From Alphaproteobacteria bacterium (GTDB lineage Bacteria > Pseudomonadota > Alphaproteobacteria > GCA-2731375): 64,000 bases of DNA. Under the pieces are notes generated by a model. That model saw only the letters and a program-made list of their open reading frames with translations, did no database searches and was not told the DNA's origin. Position 1 is the stretch's first letter; each line of letters begins with the position of its first letter. The DNA lies in the NCBI GenBank assembly GCA_965225945.1, contig CBDDBZ010000037.1, positions 352,001 through 416,000 of the forward strand. The letters are read 5' to 3'. Below are positions 10,832-22,285 of the stretch, piece after piece. The translations under genes were made by a program, and so were the position numbers.

Positions 10832-13182
10832 TGCCTTCCTTCGCCTCGGAACTGGAGCAAAGTCTCCATCGCGCCCTGCGCTACGCCAACGAGCGACAGC
10901 ATGAATACGCGACGCTCGAGCATCTCCTGCTCGCACTGGTCGACGATGCCGACGCGCTGGCCGTGCTGAGGGCCTGCAACGTCAAGGTCGACGAATTGCG
11001 CGATCAACTGGTCGGCTACCTGGAGGAGGAGCTGACCAGCCTCGTGGTCGACGAGGAGGAGGACGCGAAGCCGACGACTGGATTCCAAAGGGTGATCCAG
11101 CGCGCGGTCTACCACGTGCAATCCTCGGGCCGCGACGAGGTGACCGGCGCCAACGTGTTGGTGGCGATCTTCGCCGAGCGCGAGAGCCATGCGGTCTACT
11201 TCCTGCAGGGCCAGGAGATGACCCGGCTCGATGCCGTCTCCTATATCTCGCACGGCATCGCTAAGGCGGCCGGGATGACGGAAAGGCGCTCGGTGCGTGG
11301 TGTCGGCGAAGAGGAAGGTGGTGAAGGCGGCGAGGACGGCGGCCAGAAGACGGCGCCGGGAGAGGCGCTGGACGCCTACTGCGTCAACCTCAACGAGAAG
11401 GCCAAGAGCGGCCGCATCGATCCCTTGATCGGGCGCGAGTTGGAGCTCGAACGGACGATCCAGATCCTCTGTCGACGGCAGAAGAACAATCCGCTCTACG
11501 TCGGCGATCCCGGTGTCGGCAAGACGGCGATCGCGGAGGGCTTGGCCAGGCGCATCGTCCTGGGCGAGGTGTCCGACGTGCTGGCCGATGCCACCATCTT
11601 CGCGCTCGACATGGGCTCGTTGCTGGCCGGGACCCGCTACCGGGGCGATTTCGAGGAGCGGCTGAAGGCGGTGATGGATGAATTGGAGGCCTATGCCGGC
11701 GCCATCCTCTTCATCGACGAGATCCACACCGTGATCGGCGCGGGCGCCACCTCGGGCGGCGCGATGGACGCCTCCAACATGTTGAAGCCGGCGTTGCAGA
11801 ACGGCGCCATTCGCTGCATGGGCTCCACCACGTACAAGGAATTCCGGAACTATTTCGAAAAGGACCGAGCGCTGCTGCGGCGCTTCCAGAAGATCGACGT
11901 GCATGAGCCCTCGATCTCCGATGCGGTGAAGATCCTGAAGGGCCTCAAGCCCTATTACGAGGACTTCCACCACATTCGCTACACCAACGAGGCGGTGAAG
12001 GCGGCGGTCGAGCTTGCCTCGAAATACATCCACGACCGCAAACTTCCCGACAAGGCGATCGACGTCATCGACGAGGTGGGCGCGGCGCAAATGCTGGTGC
12101 CCGAGGCGCGCCGACGCAAGACCATCGGGGTTAGGGAAGTCGAGGATATCGTCGCCAAGATCGCCCGGATCCCGCCGAAGAGCGTTTCCAAGGACGACAC
12201 CGAGAGCCTGCGCCATCTGGGTGACGAGCTGAACAAGGTCGTCTATGGCCAGGAAAAGGCGATCGACGAGCTGTCGATGGCGGTGAAGATGTCGCGCGCG
12301 GGCCTGCGCGAGCCGGAGAAGCCGATCGGCAGCTATCTGTTCTCCGGGCCCACCGGGGTCGGCAAGACCGAGGTCGCGCGGCAGTTGGCCCGGATCATGG
12401 GGTTGGAGTTGGTCCGCTTCGACATGTCGGAATACATGGAGCGTCACTCCATCAGCCGGCTGATCGGCGCGCCGCCGGGCTATGTCGGGTTCGACCAGGG
12501 CGGCATGTTGACCGACGCGATCGACAAGAATCCGCACAGCGTCCTTCTGCTCGACGAGATCGAGAAGGCCCATCCCGACCTCTTCAACGTGCTGCTGCAG
12601 ATCATGGACTACGGCAAGCTCACCGATCACAACGGCAAGCAGGTCGACTTCCGCAACGTCATGTTGATCATGACGACCAACGCCGGCGCCACCGAGATGT
12701 CGAAGACGGCCATGGGCTTCGGCCGCGAGGTGCGCGAGGGCGAGGACGCGGAGGCGATCAAGCGGATGTTCACGCCGGAGTTCCGCAACCGGTTGGACGC
12801 CGTGGTCGGCTTCCAGGCGCTCGGCCCGGAATCCGTCCACCGGGTCGTGGTCAAGTTCGTCGACGAGTTGGAGGCGCAGCTCGCCGATCGCAACGTCCGC
12901 TTTGAGTTGAGCGAGGCGGCGGCGCGCTGGCTGGCCGAGAAGGGCTACGATCGCCTCTACGGTGCCCGCCCGCTGGCCCGGGTCATCCAGGACAGCATCA
13001 AGAAGCCGCTGGCCGACGAGTTGTTGTTCGGTCGCCTGGTCAAGGGCGGCGTCGTACACATCGATGCCAAGGGCGGCGAGCTGGCCTTCGAGATCACCGA
13101 GGCCAAGCGACCGGCCCGCAAGCGGCGGGGCGGCGCGCCCTCGGGCGAGAAACCCGAACGCATCCCGGAACCGGTGGAATAG
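10831..13182 (+). CDS. clpA: ATP-dependent Clp protease ATP-binding subunit ClpA
   Basis: Two AAA+ modules ([16 protein letters not shown]), no ClpB middle domain, coupled to clpS (TAATG). Confidence 0.96.
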   Translation: MPSFASELEQSLHRALRYANERQHEYATLEHLLLALVDDADALAVLRACNVKVDELRDQLVGYLEEELTSLVVDEEEDAKPTTGFQRVIQRAVYHVQSSGRDEVTGANVLVAIFAERESHAVYFLQGQEMTRLDAVSYISHGIAKAAGMTERRSVRGVGEEEGGEGGEDGGQKTAPGEALDAYCVNLNEKAKSGRIDPLIGRELELERTIQILCRRQKNNPLYVGDPGVGKTAIAEGLARRIVLGEVSDVLADATIFALDMGSLLAGTRYRGDFEERLKAVMDELEAYAGAILFIDEIHTVIGAGATSGGAMDASNMLKPALQNGAIRCMGSTTYKEFRNYFEKDRALLRRFQKIDVHEPSISDAVKILKGLKPYYEDFHHIRYTNEAVKAAVELASKYIHDRKLPDKAIDVIDEVGAAQMLVPEARRRKTIGVREVEDIVAKIARIPPKSVSKDDTESLRHLGDELNKVVYGQEKAIDELSMAVKMSRAGLREPEKPIGSYLFSGPTGVGKTEVARQLARIMGLELVRFDMSEYMERHSISRLIGAPPGYVGFDQGGMLTDAIDKNPHSVLLLDEIEKAHPDLFNVLLQIMDYGKLTDHNGKQVDFRNVMLIMTTNAGATEMSKTAMGFGREVREGEDAEAIKRMFTPEFRNRLDAVVGFQALGPESVHRVVVKFVDELEAQLADRNVRFELSEAAARWLAEKGYDRLYGARPLARVIQDSIKKPLADELLFGRLVKGGVVHIDAKGGELAFEITEAKRPARKRRGGAPSGEKPERIPEPVE

Positions 13183-13207
13183 AACGCGCCCAGCTGCCGA
13201 GCCCCGA

Positions 13208-13966
13208 TCAGCAAACGGTGCAGTTCTCGCGGGTGGCGGCGACGATCGCCACCATTTTGGCGTAGGGGATGGCGCCCGGCACGTAGGTCTCGCCGATGAA
13301 CATCGCGGGCGTGCCGCGGACCTGCATGGTGAGTCCGAGCGCGATATTTGCCTCGATCACCGCCTTGACCTCCGGCGCCTTCATGTCGGTCTCGAGCTCG
13401 GCCACGTCGAGCTCCGCGCGAGCCGCCACTTCCAGCACGGCCCGTTCGCTCAGGCGGCCGCGAAAGCCCATGAGCAGGTCATGGAAGCGGAGATACTTGC
13501 CCTGCCGGCGCGAGGCGATCGCGGCGCGGGCGGCATATTCGGAGACCGGTCCGAGGATCGGATATTCCTTGTAGATCATCCGGACGTCCGGGATCTCGGC
13601 GCGCAGGCGCTGGATCGCCGGCAATACCCGCTTGCAGTAGCCGCATTGATAATCGAAAAATTCGACCATGGGGATGCGGCCGTCGGGGTTGTGGACGAAG
13701 TCGTCGGCGGAGGCGAACAACGCCGCCTTGTTCGCGACCACCCGCTGCTTTTGCGCGATCTTCTCTTCGGCCGCCTGGCGTTTCTCCAGTGCCTGCGCGG
13801 CCTCGACCAGAACTTCCGGATTGGCGATCAGATACTCTCGGATCAGCTTTTCGATCGCCGTCTTTTGCTCGGGCGTCAGCGTGTCCTGCGCCTTCGCCGG
13901 GAACGCGAGCAGCAGGATCAGGGCCACGGCGGTCACCACCATGCCCCCACGTTCACGAATAGTCAT
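13208..13966 (-). CDS. DsbA family thiol:disulfide oxidoreductase (Com1/ScsC-like)
   Basis: Signal peptide, IREYLIANPEVL, EFFDYQCGYC, cis-Pro loop GTP. Confidence 0.9.
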   Translation of the reverse strand: MTIRERGGMVVTAVALILLLAFPAKAQDTLTPEQKTAIEKLIREYLIANPEVLVEAAQALEKRQAAEEKIAQKQRVVANKAALFASADDFVHNPDGRIPMVEFFDYQCGYCKRVLPAIQRLRAEIPDVRMIYKEYPILGPVSEYAARAAIASRRQGKYLRFHDLLMGFRGRLSERAVLEVAARAELDVAELETDMKAPEVKAVIEANIALGLTMQVRGTPAMFIGETYVPGAIPYAKMVAIVAATRENCTVC

Positions 13967-14059
13967 CGACCGTTGCCTCGCAATCCTTCGGGCCCCGCCA
14001 CCGACAAGATTTGCGCCATGGCGCGCCGGAAGGCAAGGCGCCATTTGTCGCGGGGCCGC

Positions 14060-15550
14060 TCAACCGCTTCGCACGCGGCCGACGGCGGTCCGCCAGCCGG
14101 CGTAGAGTGCCTCGCGCCTCGCCTCGGGCATCGAGGGCTCGAAGCGCGCCTGGCTACGCCAAATACCGCCGACGGCCTCGAGCGATGGCAGCAGCCCCGC
14201 CCCAAGGCCGGCGAGACACGCGGCGCCCAGCGCCGTCGTCTCGTGCACCACCCCTCGCTCGACCACGCAATCGGTGATGTCGGCGAGAAAGCCCATCAGC
14301 CAGTCGTTCGCCACCATGGCGCCGTCGACCCGAATCACCGTCGCCCGCTCGCCCATGTCCGCCGCCATCGCCTGCAGCAGATCGCGCGTCTGGTAGCCGA
14401 CCGCCTCCAACGTTGCCCGCGCGATCTCGGCGCGCCCGCTATTCCGGGTGAGGCCGACCAGGGCGCCGCGCGCCTCGGCGTCCCAATAGGGCGCGCCGAG
14501 CCCGGTGAAGGCCGGCACCAGGTAGACCCCACCGGTATCGTCGATGCCGGCGGCGAGCGCCTCGCTCTCGCCCGCGCTTGCGATCAGGCCCAAGCCGTCG
14601 CGGAGCCATTGCACCGCCGCGCCGGCGGCGAAGATCGATCCCTCCAGCGCATATGTCACAACGCCGTCGAGGCGGTAGGCGACGGTCGTGAGCAGGCGAT
14701 TCTGGGAGGCGACCGCGCGGCCCGCCGTATTGGCGAGGACGAAACAGCCGGTGCCGTAAGTGCTCTTGAGCATGCCGGGCTCGAAACAGGCCGCGCCGAT
14801 CGTCGCCGCCTGCTGGTCGCCGGCAATCCCGGTGATCGGGATCTCCCGGCCCAGGTGCGAGGCTTCGGCGAGGCCGAAATCGTCGGCGCAATCGCGCACC
14901 TCGGGCAGCAGGGCCGAGGGGATATCGAGCAAGCCCAGCAGCTCCTCGTCCCAGCATTGACGATGGATGTCGAACAGCAGCGTCCGGCTGGCGTTGGTCG
15001 CGTCGGTCGCGTGGCGCCGCCCGCCGGTGAGCCGCCAGAGCAGCCAGGAATCGATGGTGCCGAAGGCGAGCTCGCCGGCCGCCGCGCGTTCTCTGGCGCC
15101 GGCCAAATTGTCGAGCAGCCAGGCGAGCTTGGTGGCGGAGAAATAGGGGTCGAGCCTGAGGCCGGTACGGCTTTGGAAGAGCGCTTCGTGGCCGTCCTCC
15201 GCCAGGCGGCGGCAATGCTCGGCGGTGCGGCGGTCTTGCCAGACGATGGCGTTGGCGAGGGGGCGTCCCGTCGCCCGGTCCCAGAGTAGGGTGGTCTCGC
15301 GCTGATTGGTGATGGCGATGCAGGCGATGTCTTGCGCCTCGAGCTCGGCCAGGCGAACCGCCTCGCGGCTGACCTCCAGGGTGTCGCGCCAGATCACCTC
15401 GCCATCGTGCTCGACCCAGCCGGGCCTCGGGAAGATCTGCGCCAGCTCGCGGCGCGCGGTGGCTAGGGGGTTGCCTTCGGCATCGAAGACGATGGCGCGA
15501 GACGAGGTCGTTCCCTGGTCGATCGCCAGGATGTGGCGGGGCTCGTTCAT
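14060..15550 (-). CDS. glpK: Glycerol kinase
   Basis: [34 protein letters not shown]. Confidence 0.96.
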   Translation of the reverse strand: MNEPRHILAIDQGTTSSRAIVFDAEGNPLATARRELAQIFPRPGWVEHDGEVIWRDTLEVSREAVRLAELEAQDIACIAITNQRETTLLWDRATGRPLANAIVWQDRRTAEHCRRLAEDGHEALFQSRTGLRLDPYFSATKLAWLLDNLAGARERAAAGELAFGTIDSWLLWRLTGGRRHATDATNASRTLLFDIHRQCWDEELLGLLDIPSALLPEVRDCADDFGLAEASHLGREIPITGIAGDQQAATIGAACFEPGMLKSTYGTGCFVLANTAGRAVASQNRLLTTVAYRLDGVVTYALEGSIFAAGAAVQWLRDGLGLIASAGESEALAAGIDDTGGVYLVPAFTGLGAPYWDAEARGALVGLTRNSGRAEIARATLEAVGYQTRDLLQAMAADMGERATVIRVDGAMVANDWLMGFLADITDCVVERGVVHETTALGAACLAGLGAGLLPSLEAVGGIWRSQARFEPSMPEARREALYAGWRTAVGRVRSG

Positions 15551-15553
15551 GGG

Positions 15554-15628
15554 CTAGGGTCTGTACTCAATTAGGGATTCCCAAAATGGGTTTGATGTGA
15601 TTCAAGGTCTCTCACAGCAAGGAGGCCT
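15554..15628 (+). mobile_element. Orphan left end of an IS5-family (IS427-like) element, no transposase
   Basis: CTAG-GGTCTGTACTCAATTAGGGATTCCC...GTGATTCAAGG...AAGGAGG resembles alphaproteobacterial IS5 left ends (recalled pattern). Confidence 0.55.
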
Positions 15629-15766
15629 TTCACAGGGCCTAGGGTCACAAGCAGGGGTCCACAGGCCTGGGGTCACCCATTAGGCCTCTGTTAGCAAGAG
15701 CGCGCATCTTCCCTTTCCTCCGGCGATGTGCCGGCAGGTTGTTTCGCTCTCCTCGCTCCCTCCGAG

Positions 15767-15834
15767 AAAAAGGGGTCAGAAAAAGGGGTCATTGTACTTT
15801 ATTCGGCGGAACGGCCGAAAAAGCAGAATGACCC
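15767..15834. repeat. REP-like imperfect hairpin forming the 5' exon of intron A
   Basis: Tandem AAAAAGGGGTCA, then arms GGGTCATT..TTCGGC / GCCGAA..AATGACCC, cut by the intron. Confidence 0.6.
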
Positions 15835-16193
15835 GTGCGCCGGGAGGCCGGCGAGGAGTAGCGGATGAGAGAGCCGTACGGTGAAGGATTAGCCATCCAC
15901 ACCGGCCCCGAGTCATGCGCCTGCGGTCCGCGAGGGCGAGGCGAAGCGTTGACAGGGGTACATGTGGGCTGGGTATTGAGCCGCGAAAAATGCGCATTCG
16001 AGGCGCCGACCCTGTGGGTCTATGGGGAAGGCCACACCGACGAGCGCGCATTGGCGAGCGCTCGGAGGGCCTTGCGCGGTCGTAGACCCCACGCACGCAT
16101 GGAAATCGCCTGAGCGGAAACCGGGAGATCTCTCGAGTGGCCGTCCTTGCGTTTGCGCGGTCCGCATCGGGAAGGCCCGAAGGGCCGTAGCCG

Positions 16194-16926
16194 ATGACGC
16201 ACGCTCGAGAGAAGTCAGATTTGCCCATAGTACCTGGGAAGCCGACGAACAAAGCCTTGTGCGAGGCGGCGGAGCCGGTGGAGGGAAGGGGCGGAGCCAA
16301 GGGGAACGTGGGTCAGCAACGCAGGCGCCGGACGCGGAGTCGGGAAAGCCTGTCACAGGGGCTGGAGCGCGTACGAGAAGCGGCGAGACGAGATGGGAAA
16401 CTAAAGTTCACCGCGCTGCTGCACCATGTCGATGTCGAACTCCTTCGGGCCTCCTACCTGGCGCTGAAGCGCGACGCGGCGCCCGGAGTGGACGGCATGA
16501 CGTGGCAAGAGTACGGCCAGGATCTGGAGCAGCGTCTCCCGAACCTGCATGGGCGGCTCCATCGGGGCGGCTACCGGGCTCTGCCGAGCCGGCGACAATT
16601 CATCGCGAAGTCGGACGGCTCGGCGCGGGCATTGGGGATCGCGGCCCTGGAGGACAAGATCGCCCATATGGCCGTGAGCACGGTGCTGAACCAGATTTAC
16701 GAGGAAGATTTCCTCGGGTTCAGCTACGGCTTCCGTCCGGGGCGCAACCAGCACGACGCGCTGGACGCGCTCGCGGTGGCGATCACCGAGCGCGAGGTGA
16801 ACTGGATCCTGGACGCCGATATATCCGGCTTCTTCGACTCATCCGACCAAAACTGGCTGAGAGGGTTCCTAGAGCACCGGATCGGAGATCGGCGTCTCCT
16901 CCGCCTTACGGCCAAGTGGCTGAAAG
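16194..16926 (+). pseudogene. Group II intron A reverse transcriptase/maturase, N-terminal part
   Basis: APGVDG, LGIAALEDK, SYGFRPGR, DADISGFFD; ends at KWLK where IS110 begins. Confidence 0.92.
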
Positions 16927-18108
16927 ATGGTATATCGCGGCGGCTGTGGCTGATGATATCAGGATGATGGCAGCCCCTTCACGCATGATCGATAAATCGG
17001 GGTCGCCCTGACCTCGAACATCGAGGAAGGAGCGATGACGATGGCACATTTCGTAGGTCTGGATGTTTCGGTGAAGGAGACGGCGGTATGCGTCGTCGAC
17101 GAGGTTGGCGAGGTGGTGTTGGAGCGGAAAGTGCCGACCGAGCCGGACGACATCGTCACGCTGCTGACCTCGATCGGCGTGGCCTATGGCCGGATCGGGA
17201 TCGAAGCCGGTCCGCTCTCGCAATGGCTGGTCAACGGTCTTGCCGCCGCCGGGCTGCCGGTTGTCTGCGTCGAGACTCGGCACATGAAAGCACTGCTCAA
17301 GGGGCAGCAGATCAACAAGAGCGACCGCAACGATGCGCGCGGCATCGCCCAGATGATGCGGGTCGGGCTGTTCAAGCCGGTGCATGTGAAGACCCTGGTT
17401 GCCCAGGAGCAGCGGATGCTGCTGACCAGCCGCAAGCTGCTCCAGAGAAAACTGCTCGACGTCGAGAACGATCTACGCGGGACGCTGCGCAACTTCGGTC
17501 TCAAGGTGGGCATGGTCAGCACCCGCGGGTACGAGGCGCGGATCCGCGAGCTGGTCGAAGACTTTCCGAAGCTGGCCGCTATCGTGGAACCGCTGCTCAC
17601 CGTCCGGCGAGTGATGCGCCAGCAATTCGCGGTCCTCCACAAAATGGTGCTCGACACGGTCCGCCATGACCCGGTCTGCCGACGGCTCATGACGGCACCC
17701 GGCGTCGGCGTGGTCGTCGCGCTGACCTACCGGGCTACCATTGATCAGCCGCAGCGCTTCGTTCACTCCAGGGCGGTCGGCGCGCATGTCGGCCTGACGC
17801 CGAAGCGCTTCCAGTCCGGCGAGATCGACTATGATGGTCGCGTGTCCAAGTGCGGCGACAGCATGCTCCGCACGATGCTGTACGAGGCCGCGCAGTCCCT
17901 CCTCACCCACGGCCGGAAATGGTCCTGGCTGAAGGCGTGGGGCATGCGAGTGGCCCAGCGACGTGGCATGCGCCGTGCCATCGTCGCCGTCGCTGTGGAA
18001 CGGCGTGCAAAGTTGACCCCTGTTGAGGGGTGATCGGCGTCCAAATTTGACCCCCTGAGCCTGGCTAGTCCAAGTCACCTCGTTTTTGGGCGGACGAGGT
18101 GGTGGGGG

Positions 18109-19620
18109 ATGTTGGTCGTGGAGACGATAGCGCGGATCCGGCGGGAGTATTTCGTCAAGGGGAAGCCGATCAAGGAGATCGTGCGGGACGTGAAGGTCTC
18201 GGGCAACACGGTGCGCAAGGTGATCCGTTCGCAGGCGACGGCGTTCACCTACGACCGGCGGGTCCAGCCGATGCCGAAGCTGGGGCCGTGGATGGCCGAG
18301 CTGGAGCGGATGCTGGAGGCCAACGAGACCAAGTCGAAGCGGGAGCGGCTGACGCTGCTACGGATCTCCGAAGCCCTCGAGGGTCTGGGCTATGGCGGCG
18401 GCTACGACGCGGTGCGGCGCTACGCCAAGGCGTGGCGGTGGCGCCGTTCGGCATCGACGGCGCAGACCTATGTGCCGTTGGTGTTCTCGCCGGGCGAGGC
18501 CTATCAGTTCGACTGGAGCCACGAGTACGTGGTGCTGGCGGGGGTGACGACCAAGGTCAAGGTCGCGCACGTCCGGCTGTGCCACAGCCGAATGTTCTTC
18601 GTCCGCGCTTATCCGCGCGAGAGCCAGGAGATGGTGTTCGACGCCCACGACCGGGCATTCCGGCTGTTCCAGGGTGCCTGCCGGCGAGGCATCTACGACA
18701 ACATGAAGACGGCGGTGCAGACCGTCCTCATCGGCAAGGAGCGCGCGTTCAACCGGCGCTTCGTGCAGATGTGTGGCCACTACCTGGTCGAACCGACAGC
18801 ATGCACGCCGGGAGCGGGATGGGAGAAGGGGCAGGTCGAGAACCAGGTCGGGATCATCCGCGGTCGGTTCTTCACCCCGCGGCTGCGCTTCAAGACCTAC
18901 GACGAGCTCAACGCCTGGCTCTTGGACCAGTGCGTCGCCTACGCCCGGCGTCATCCCCACCCGGTGTTCAAGGACAGGACTGTCTGGCAGGTGTTCGAGG
19001 ACGAGCGTCCGTCCCTGGTCGGCTATCGCGGGCCGTTCGACGGCTTCCACGCGGTCCCGGCGTCGGTGTCGAAGACCTGCCTGGTGCGCTTCGACAGCAA
19101 CAAGTACAGCGTGGCGGCGCGCGCCGTCGGCCGTCCGGTCGAGGTCCATGCCTACGCCGATCGCATCGTCATCCGCCAGGACGGCGAGATCGTCGCCGAG
19201 CATGCCCGGCGCTTCGGCCGCGACCAGACCGTCTATGACCCGTGGCACTACGTGCCCGTGCTGGCGAGGAAGCCCGGTGCGCTTCGTAACGGCGCGCCGT
19301 TCAAGGACTGGGCGCTGCCCGGCGCCCTGGGTCGCGTGCGCGTCCGGCTCGCCGGCCACGACGACGGCGACAGGCAGATGGTCGAGATCCTCACCGCCGT
19401 GCTGGCGGATGGGCTGGCGGCGGTGGAGGCCGCCTGTGCCGAGGCGCTCGCTGGCGGCGTGTGCAGCGCCGACGTCGTGCTCAACATCCTCAATCGTCGG
19501 CGCCAGCCGTCCGAGACGGCGCCGATCCCGACGCCCGCGAACCTGCGTCTTCGCTTTGAGCCGGTGGCCGATTGCACCCGCTACGACCGCTTGAGGGGGG
19601 TCGGCCATGGAGCGCCATGA
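18109..19620 (+). CDS. istA: IS21 transposase IstA
   Basis: [19 protein letters not shown]. Confidence 0.95.
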   Translation: MLVVETIARIRREYFVKGKPIKEIVRDVKVSGNTVRKVIRSQATAFTYDRRVQPMPKLGPWMAELERMLEANETKSKRERLTLLRISEALEGLGYGGGYDAVRRYAKAWRWRRSASTAQTYVPLVFSPGEAYQFDWSHEYVVLAGVTTKVKVAHVRLCHSRMFFVRAYPRESQEMVFDAHDRAFRLFQGACRRGIYDNMKTAVQTVLIGKERAFNRRFVQMCGHYLVEPTACTPGAGWEKGQVENQVGIIRGRFFTPRLRFKTYDELNAWLLDQCVAYARRHPHPVFKDRTVWQVFEDERPSLVGYRGPFDGFHAVPASVSKTCLVRFDSNKYSVAARAVGRPVEVHAYADRIVIRQDGEIVAEHARRFGRDQTVYDPWHYVPVLARKPGALRNGAPFKDWALPGALGRVRVRLAGHDDGDRQMVEILTAVLADGLAAVEAACAEALAGGVCSADVVLNILNRRRQPSETAPIPTPANLRLRFEPVADCTRYDRLRGVGHGAP

Positions 19621-20335
19621 GGTCCTGGAGATGATGGCCGCACTCAAGCTCGCCGGCATGCGCGACGCGTTCGACGAGGTGCTCGCCGACGGCCTCAAGC
19701 GCCAGCATCCGATGCAGCGAATCATCGGCGAGCTGTTGAAGGCCGAGATCGCCGACAAGCAGGCGCGATCCATCAAGTACCAGATGAGTGGCGCCAAGCT
19801 GCCGCTGGCCAAGGAGCTGGCCGACTTCGACTTCACCGACACCCCGGTCAACGAGCCGCTGGTCCGCGAGTTGGCGGTCGGCGGCTTCCTGGCCAACCAG
19901 CGCAACGCCGTGCTGATCGGCGGCACCGGCACCGGCAAGAGCCATCTCGCCGTCGCCATCGCGCGGGCCTGCATCCGCGATGGCGCCCGGGGCCGCTTCT
20001 TCAACGTCGTCGACCTGGTCAACCGGCTCGAGGCCGAAGCCCGCGCCGGCCGCCAGGGCCGGCTCGCCGATCAGCTGGCCCGGCGCGACCTCGTCATCCT
20101 CGACGAGCTCGGCTACCTGCCCTTCGCCCAAACCGGAGGCCAGCTGCTGTTCCACCTCGTCAGCCGGCTCTACGAGCGCACCTCGATCATCGTCACCACC
20201 AACCTGACCTTCGGCGAATGGCCGTCCGTCTTCGGCGACGCCAAGATGACCACCGCGCTCCTCGATCGTCTGACGCACCACTGCGAGATCATCGAGACCG
20301 GAAACGACTCCTGGCGCTTCAAGAATCGGTCCTAA
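19607..20335 (+). CDS. istB: IS21 helper ATPase IstB
   Basis: [23 protein letters not shown]. Confidence 0.95.
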   Translation: MERHEVLEMMAALKLAGMRDAFDEVLADGLKRQHPMQRIIGELLKAEIADKQARSIKYQMSGAKLPLAKELADFDFTDTPVNEPLVRELAVGGFLANQRNAVLIGGTGTGKSHLAVAIARACIRDGARGRFFNVVDLVNRLEAEARAGRQGRLADQLARRDLVILDELGYLPFAQTGGQLLFHLVSRLYERTSIIVTTNLTFGEWPSVFGDAKMTTALLDRLTHHCEIIETGNDSWRFKNRS

Positions 20336-20697
20336 AGGCAACCGATCCACCTGCCGCCCGGTCGCCCAGGTGGGCCCACAGGAACCTCCCACGCGCGGTC
20401 CGCCGCCAGCCGCGTGGTGGGCGCGTCGGCCCGCGCGCGGGCCCCTCCTATGGACTACCTGTACGACCTCCGCCGTGCATCCCCAAAGGGGTCAACATTG
20501 CACGCCGATAGGGGGTCAATGTTCAACGCCGATTGACACCGTCGCGAGGCGCCTGGCCGTAGTTCTGCACCGCATGTGGGTCGACGGCACCGAGTTCCGC
20601 TGGAGCAACGGCCCTGCTGACGCCGTCAAGGCGGCTTGAACCTTCGACTGTACTGACAAGGAGATCAACGAGTTCTGCTTAGGCAGAGAGATGTCCT

Positions 20698-20848
20698 CAC
20701 GGGGACGACGGGTGGGGTGAGTTCGTAATGTCGGTAGACCCTGCCGCTGACCGGCGGCAAGGACGCGCGAAAGATTGAACCGCCTCATCCTCTGATCCCA
20801 TCATGAGGTGGCCACGCGCCAACCTCGAAGAGAAGCAAGAGCCCCGTG
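20698..20848 (+). ncRNA. Putative IS1111 bridge/seek RNA with target- and donor-binding loops
   Basis: Outer stem CACGGGG/CCCCGTG; segments TAATGTCGG and GAAAG match the target flanks, ATCCCATC and AGAGAAG match the donor junction; each pair flanks a hairpin. Confidence 0.75.
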
Positions 20849-20857
20849 CGGCAACAT

Positions 20858-22197
20858 GATTGAGCAACCTGATGTGTGGAAATTCGGAACGCCGTTGATC
20901 AGTCATCCTCTGCTTTCCAAGTGATGTAGGGTTTTTCGGTGGTTTCCCATTTCTCGTCGATTTCGACGAGGATGGCGGTGACCAGGCGTTCGAGCGAGGC
21001 CTCGTTGGGAAAGACCCTGACCTTTACGGTGCGGCGCTTGATCTCCTGCTGGATGGATCGCTCCATGGGGTTCGAGGTTCGCATGCGCTTTTGGTGGCGC
21101 TCGGGCAGGGCGAAGACGGCGAGGCCCTCGGGGATCGCCGCCTCCAGCCAATCGGCGAGCTTGGGGGCGCTATCGCGGTAGGCCGCCACCAGGTGGCCCA
21201 GCTCGGCCTCGGCGGCCTTGCCGTCGGCGGCATTCCAGACCCGGCGCAGCTCCTTGCCGATGGCCTTTCGGATGGCGAGGTTGGGGGCGTGATGGATGGC
21301 GTTTTGAGCCAGATGGTACTGACAGCGCTGCCAGACGGCGCCGCCGAGGACGGCCTTGCGCGCGGCGCCGAGGCCTGGATGATCATCGGAAACGATATAG
21401 GCGACACCGCGCATGCCACGGGCAACCAGGGTCTCCAGGAAGGCGCGCCAGTGCACTTCGGCCTCGGAGAGCGCACAGGAAACACCGAGCACCCGGCGGC
21501 GCTGGTCGGGGCCGATGCCGATCACCGAGAGCACGGCGGCGTCGCGCACCACGCCACCCTCTCGGACTTTCTCATAGCGCGCGTCGAGGAGCAGGTAGCG
21601 GATCTCGCCCAGCGGCCGGTTGCGCCAGGCATCCAGCTCCCCATCCAAGAGCTTGGCGGCGCGGCTGACCTGGCTCGACGACAGGCTCTCCAGGCCGAAC
21701 TCGCGCATCACCGCCTCGGCGTCACGGGTGGAGACGCCTTTGATATACATCTCCGCCACGGCCAGCATGACAGCGCGGCAGGAGCGCCGTCCGCGCTCCA
21801 GGGCTTGGGGGTAAAAAGGCGCCTCATGACCGGCGGTCTTGGGAACCTCGAGCCTCACCGTACCGGCCGGGGTGTCGATCTTCTTGGGTCTGGTGCCGTT
21901 GGCGTATCCCCGCCGCTCGGGCGTGCGCTCATAGTGGCCGGCGCCCAAGAACCTCTCCCGCTCGATCCGCATGGCGAGATTGAAAAGGCCGGCGAAGACC
22001 GTCGCCATGTTCTCGCTACCGCCTTCGATCAATTGTTCCACCAAAGCCTCGACAGCGCTATCCTGGTCTTTCCGCATACTGGTTCTCCATGTTTGTTTGG
22101 ACGCTTTCATGGATAACCAAAATGACGGATCGCCCCGCGCCGGGGTATACCCCGGCGCGGGGCGAAGCCAAATTTCCAGACCTCACGCTACACAAGC
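20858..22197 (-). mobile_element. IS256-family element inserted in the IS110 right end
   Basis: Imperfect IRs of about 30 bp; 8-bp target duplication GGCAACAT (20850-20857, 22198-22205). Confidence 0.92.
20899..22077 (-). CDS. IS256 transposase
   Basis: GVSTR, LDARYEKVR, SDDHPGL, WQRCQYH, RTSNPMER. Confidence 0.93.
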   Translation of the reverse strand: MRKDQDSAVEALVEQLIEGGSENMATVFAGLFNLAMRIERERFLGAGHYERTPERRGYANGTRPKKIDTPAGTVRLEVPKTAGHEAPFYPQALERGRRSCRAVMLAVAEMYIKGVSTRDAEAVMREFGLESLSSSQVSRAAKLLDGELDAWRNRPLGEIRYLLLDARYEKVREGGVVRDAAVLSVIGIGPDQRRRVLGVSCALSEAEVHWRAFLETLVARGMRGVAYIVSDDHPGLGAARKAVLGGAVWQRCQYHLAQNAIHHAPNLAIRKAIGKELRRVWNAADGKAAEAELGHLVAAYRDSAPKLADWLEAAIPEGLAVFALPERHQKRMRTSNPMERSIQQEIKRRTVKVRVFPNEASLERLVTAILVEIDEKWETTEKPYITWKAEDD

Positions 22198-22285
22198 GGC
22201 AACATCCGCCAGTGCGGAACGACGTGAAGAAGGAATATGGCATGACGTAACCAGAAAGGGCTTGACCGAGGACGCGATAGAGAAG

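Larger units (their letters stand above)
17994..20538 (+). mobile_element. IS21-family element, intact
   Basis: TGT...ACA termini with repeated TTGACCCC boxes; 7-bp target duplication CCGTCGC (17987-17993, 20539-20545). Confidence 0.95.
17035..20639 (+). pseudogene. IS110 DEDD recombinase (350 aa when restored), split by IS21: 17035-17993 plus 20546-20639
   Basis: VGLDVS, GIEAG, KSDRNDARG, QSGE; C-terminal AVARRLAVVLHRMW resumes after the IS21. Confidence 0.92.
16927..22285 (+). mobile_element. IS110-family, IS1111-type element (about 1459 bp once the nested IS21 and IS256 are removed)
   Basis: AAG core at both ends (16924-16926, 22283-22285); excision restores KWLK-AGIMQDG in frame; subterminal IR TATCGCG/CGCGATA; long 3' non-coding end. 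Confidence 0.92.

Noticed and set aside
15610-15800. Short repeats as a possible CRISPR array
   Set aside because: Only two degenerate copies of each, no regular spacers and no cas genes
22262-22285. Promoter formed at the IS110 circle junction (TTGACC-N17-GATGGT)
   Set aside because: The -35 is good and such promoters are known for the family, but the -10 is too weak to call from sequence
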